NCBI RefSeq assembly: GCF_022701215.1
Contig: NZ_CP089976.1
Coordinates: 480,001 to 512,000, forward strand
Direction of reading: 5' to 3'
DNA from: Moraxella nasovis
GTDB lineage: Bacteria > Pseudomonadota > Gammaproteobacteria > Pseudomonadales > Moraxellaceae
DNA length: 32,000 nucleotides
The notes under the pieces are model-generated. The model did no database searches. It saw nothing but the letters and a program-made list of their open reading frames with translations, and was not told the origin of the DNA. The translations under genes were made by a program, and so were the position numbers. Below, piece after piece: positions 31,790 to 32,000 of this stretch. The number at the start of each line of letters is the position of its first letter. Position 1 is the first letter of the stretch.

Positions 31790-31817
31790 CCACCCAAAAG
31801 ATTTGGGTGGTTTTTTA
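31790..31817 (+). terminator. rho-independent terminator after nqrF
   Basis: ccacccaaa-aga-tttgggtgg followed by TTTTTT, 15 nt after the stop. Confidence 0.8.
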
Positions 31818-31880
31818 ATTTGATATTTATTTTATTTTTAGGCTATGCTACACTTTCAAGAAAAACAAAGGGAGGTTGTC

Positions 31881-32000
31881 ATGTTACTAAAAAGCCAAAA
31901 GAGCCTAAATAGCTGGCTTAGCGATTATGCAGTCAGTCATAAAAATATCACAAATAAAAAAATTCATTTTGTTTGTGTGCCTATCATCTTTTTAACCATT
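31881..32000 (+). CDS. DUF962 / Mpo1-like membrane protein, N-terminal part (runs off the right edge)
   Basis: The ATG at 31881 has GGGAGG 5 nt upstream. MLLKSQKSLNSWLSDYAVSHKNITNKKIHFVCVPIIFLTI follows the L..Y...H....N..IH...VP.I pattern I associate with DUF962 proteins. Confidence 0.5.
   Translation, partial: MLLKSQKSLNSWLSDYAVSHKNITNKKIHFVCVPIIFLTI

Overview
Chromosomal window from a Moraxellaceae-type gammaproteobacterium. The 16S sequence looks Moraxella-like to me, but that is recollection, not a search. Most of the window is core housekeeping. On the minus strand: gshB (5' part), pyrE, tsf, rpsB and a complete rrn operon (16S, tRNA-Ile-GAT, tRNA-Ala-TGC, 23S, 5S) driven by a tandem array of near-consensus promoters. 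On the right side: thrS, infC (AUU start), rimI, rnr, hisA and a complete Na+-NQR operon nqrABCDEF, followed by the start of a DUF962 gene. Five regions look accessory or unusual. (1) A tightly coupled two-gene cassette between pyrE and tsf encodes a polynucleotide-kinase/RNA-ligase fusion plus a calcineurin-type metallophosphoesterase. These are the three chemistries of an RNA heal-and-seal system, in a domain arrangement I do not recognise as characterised. (2) A strongly AT-rich 210-aa orphan ORF with a PD-(D/E)xK-like motif sits between the two permease genes of a Fur-box-controlled yfeABCD-type metal ABC importer operon. (3) An ABC-exporter-like gene has a miniature ATPase domain, and its Walker B motif is only readable after a -1 frameshift. 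(4) An orphan type IV pilin gene lies directly behind the rrn terminator. (5) The nqrA leader (about 170 nt) contains a 10-codon uORF with a strong SD whose stop overlaps the nqrA ATG. I saw no CRISPR array, IS element, integrase or prophage genes.
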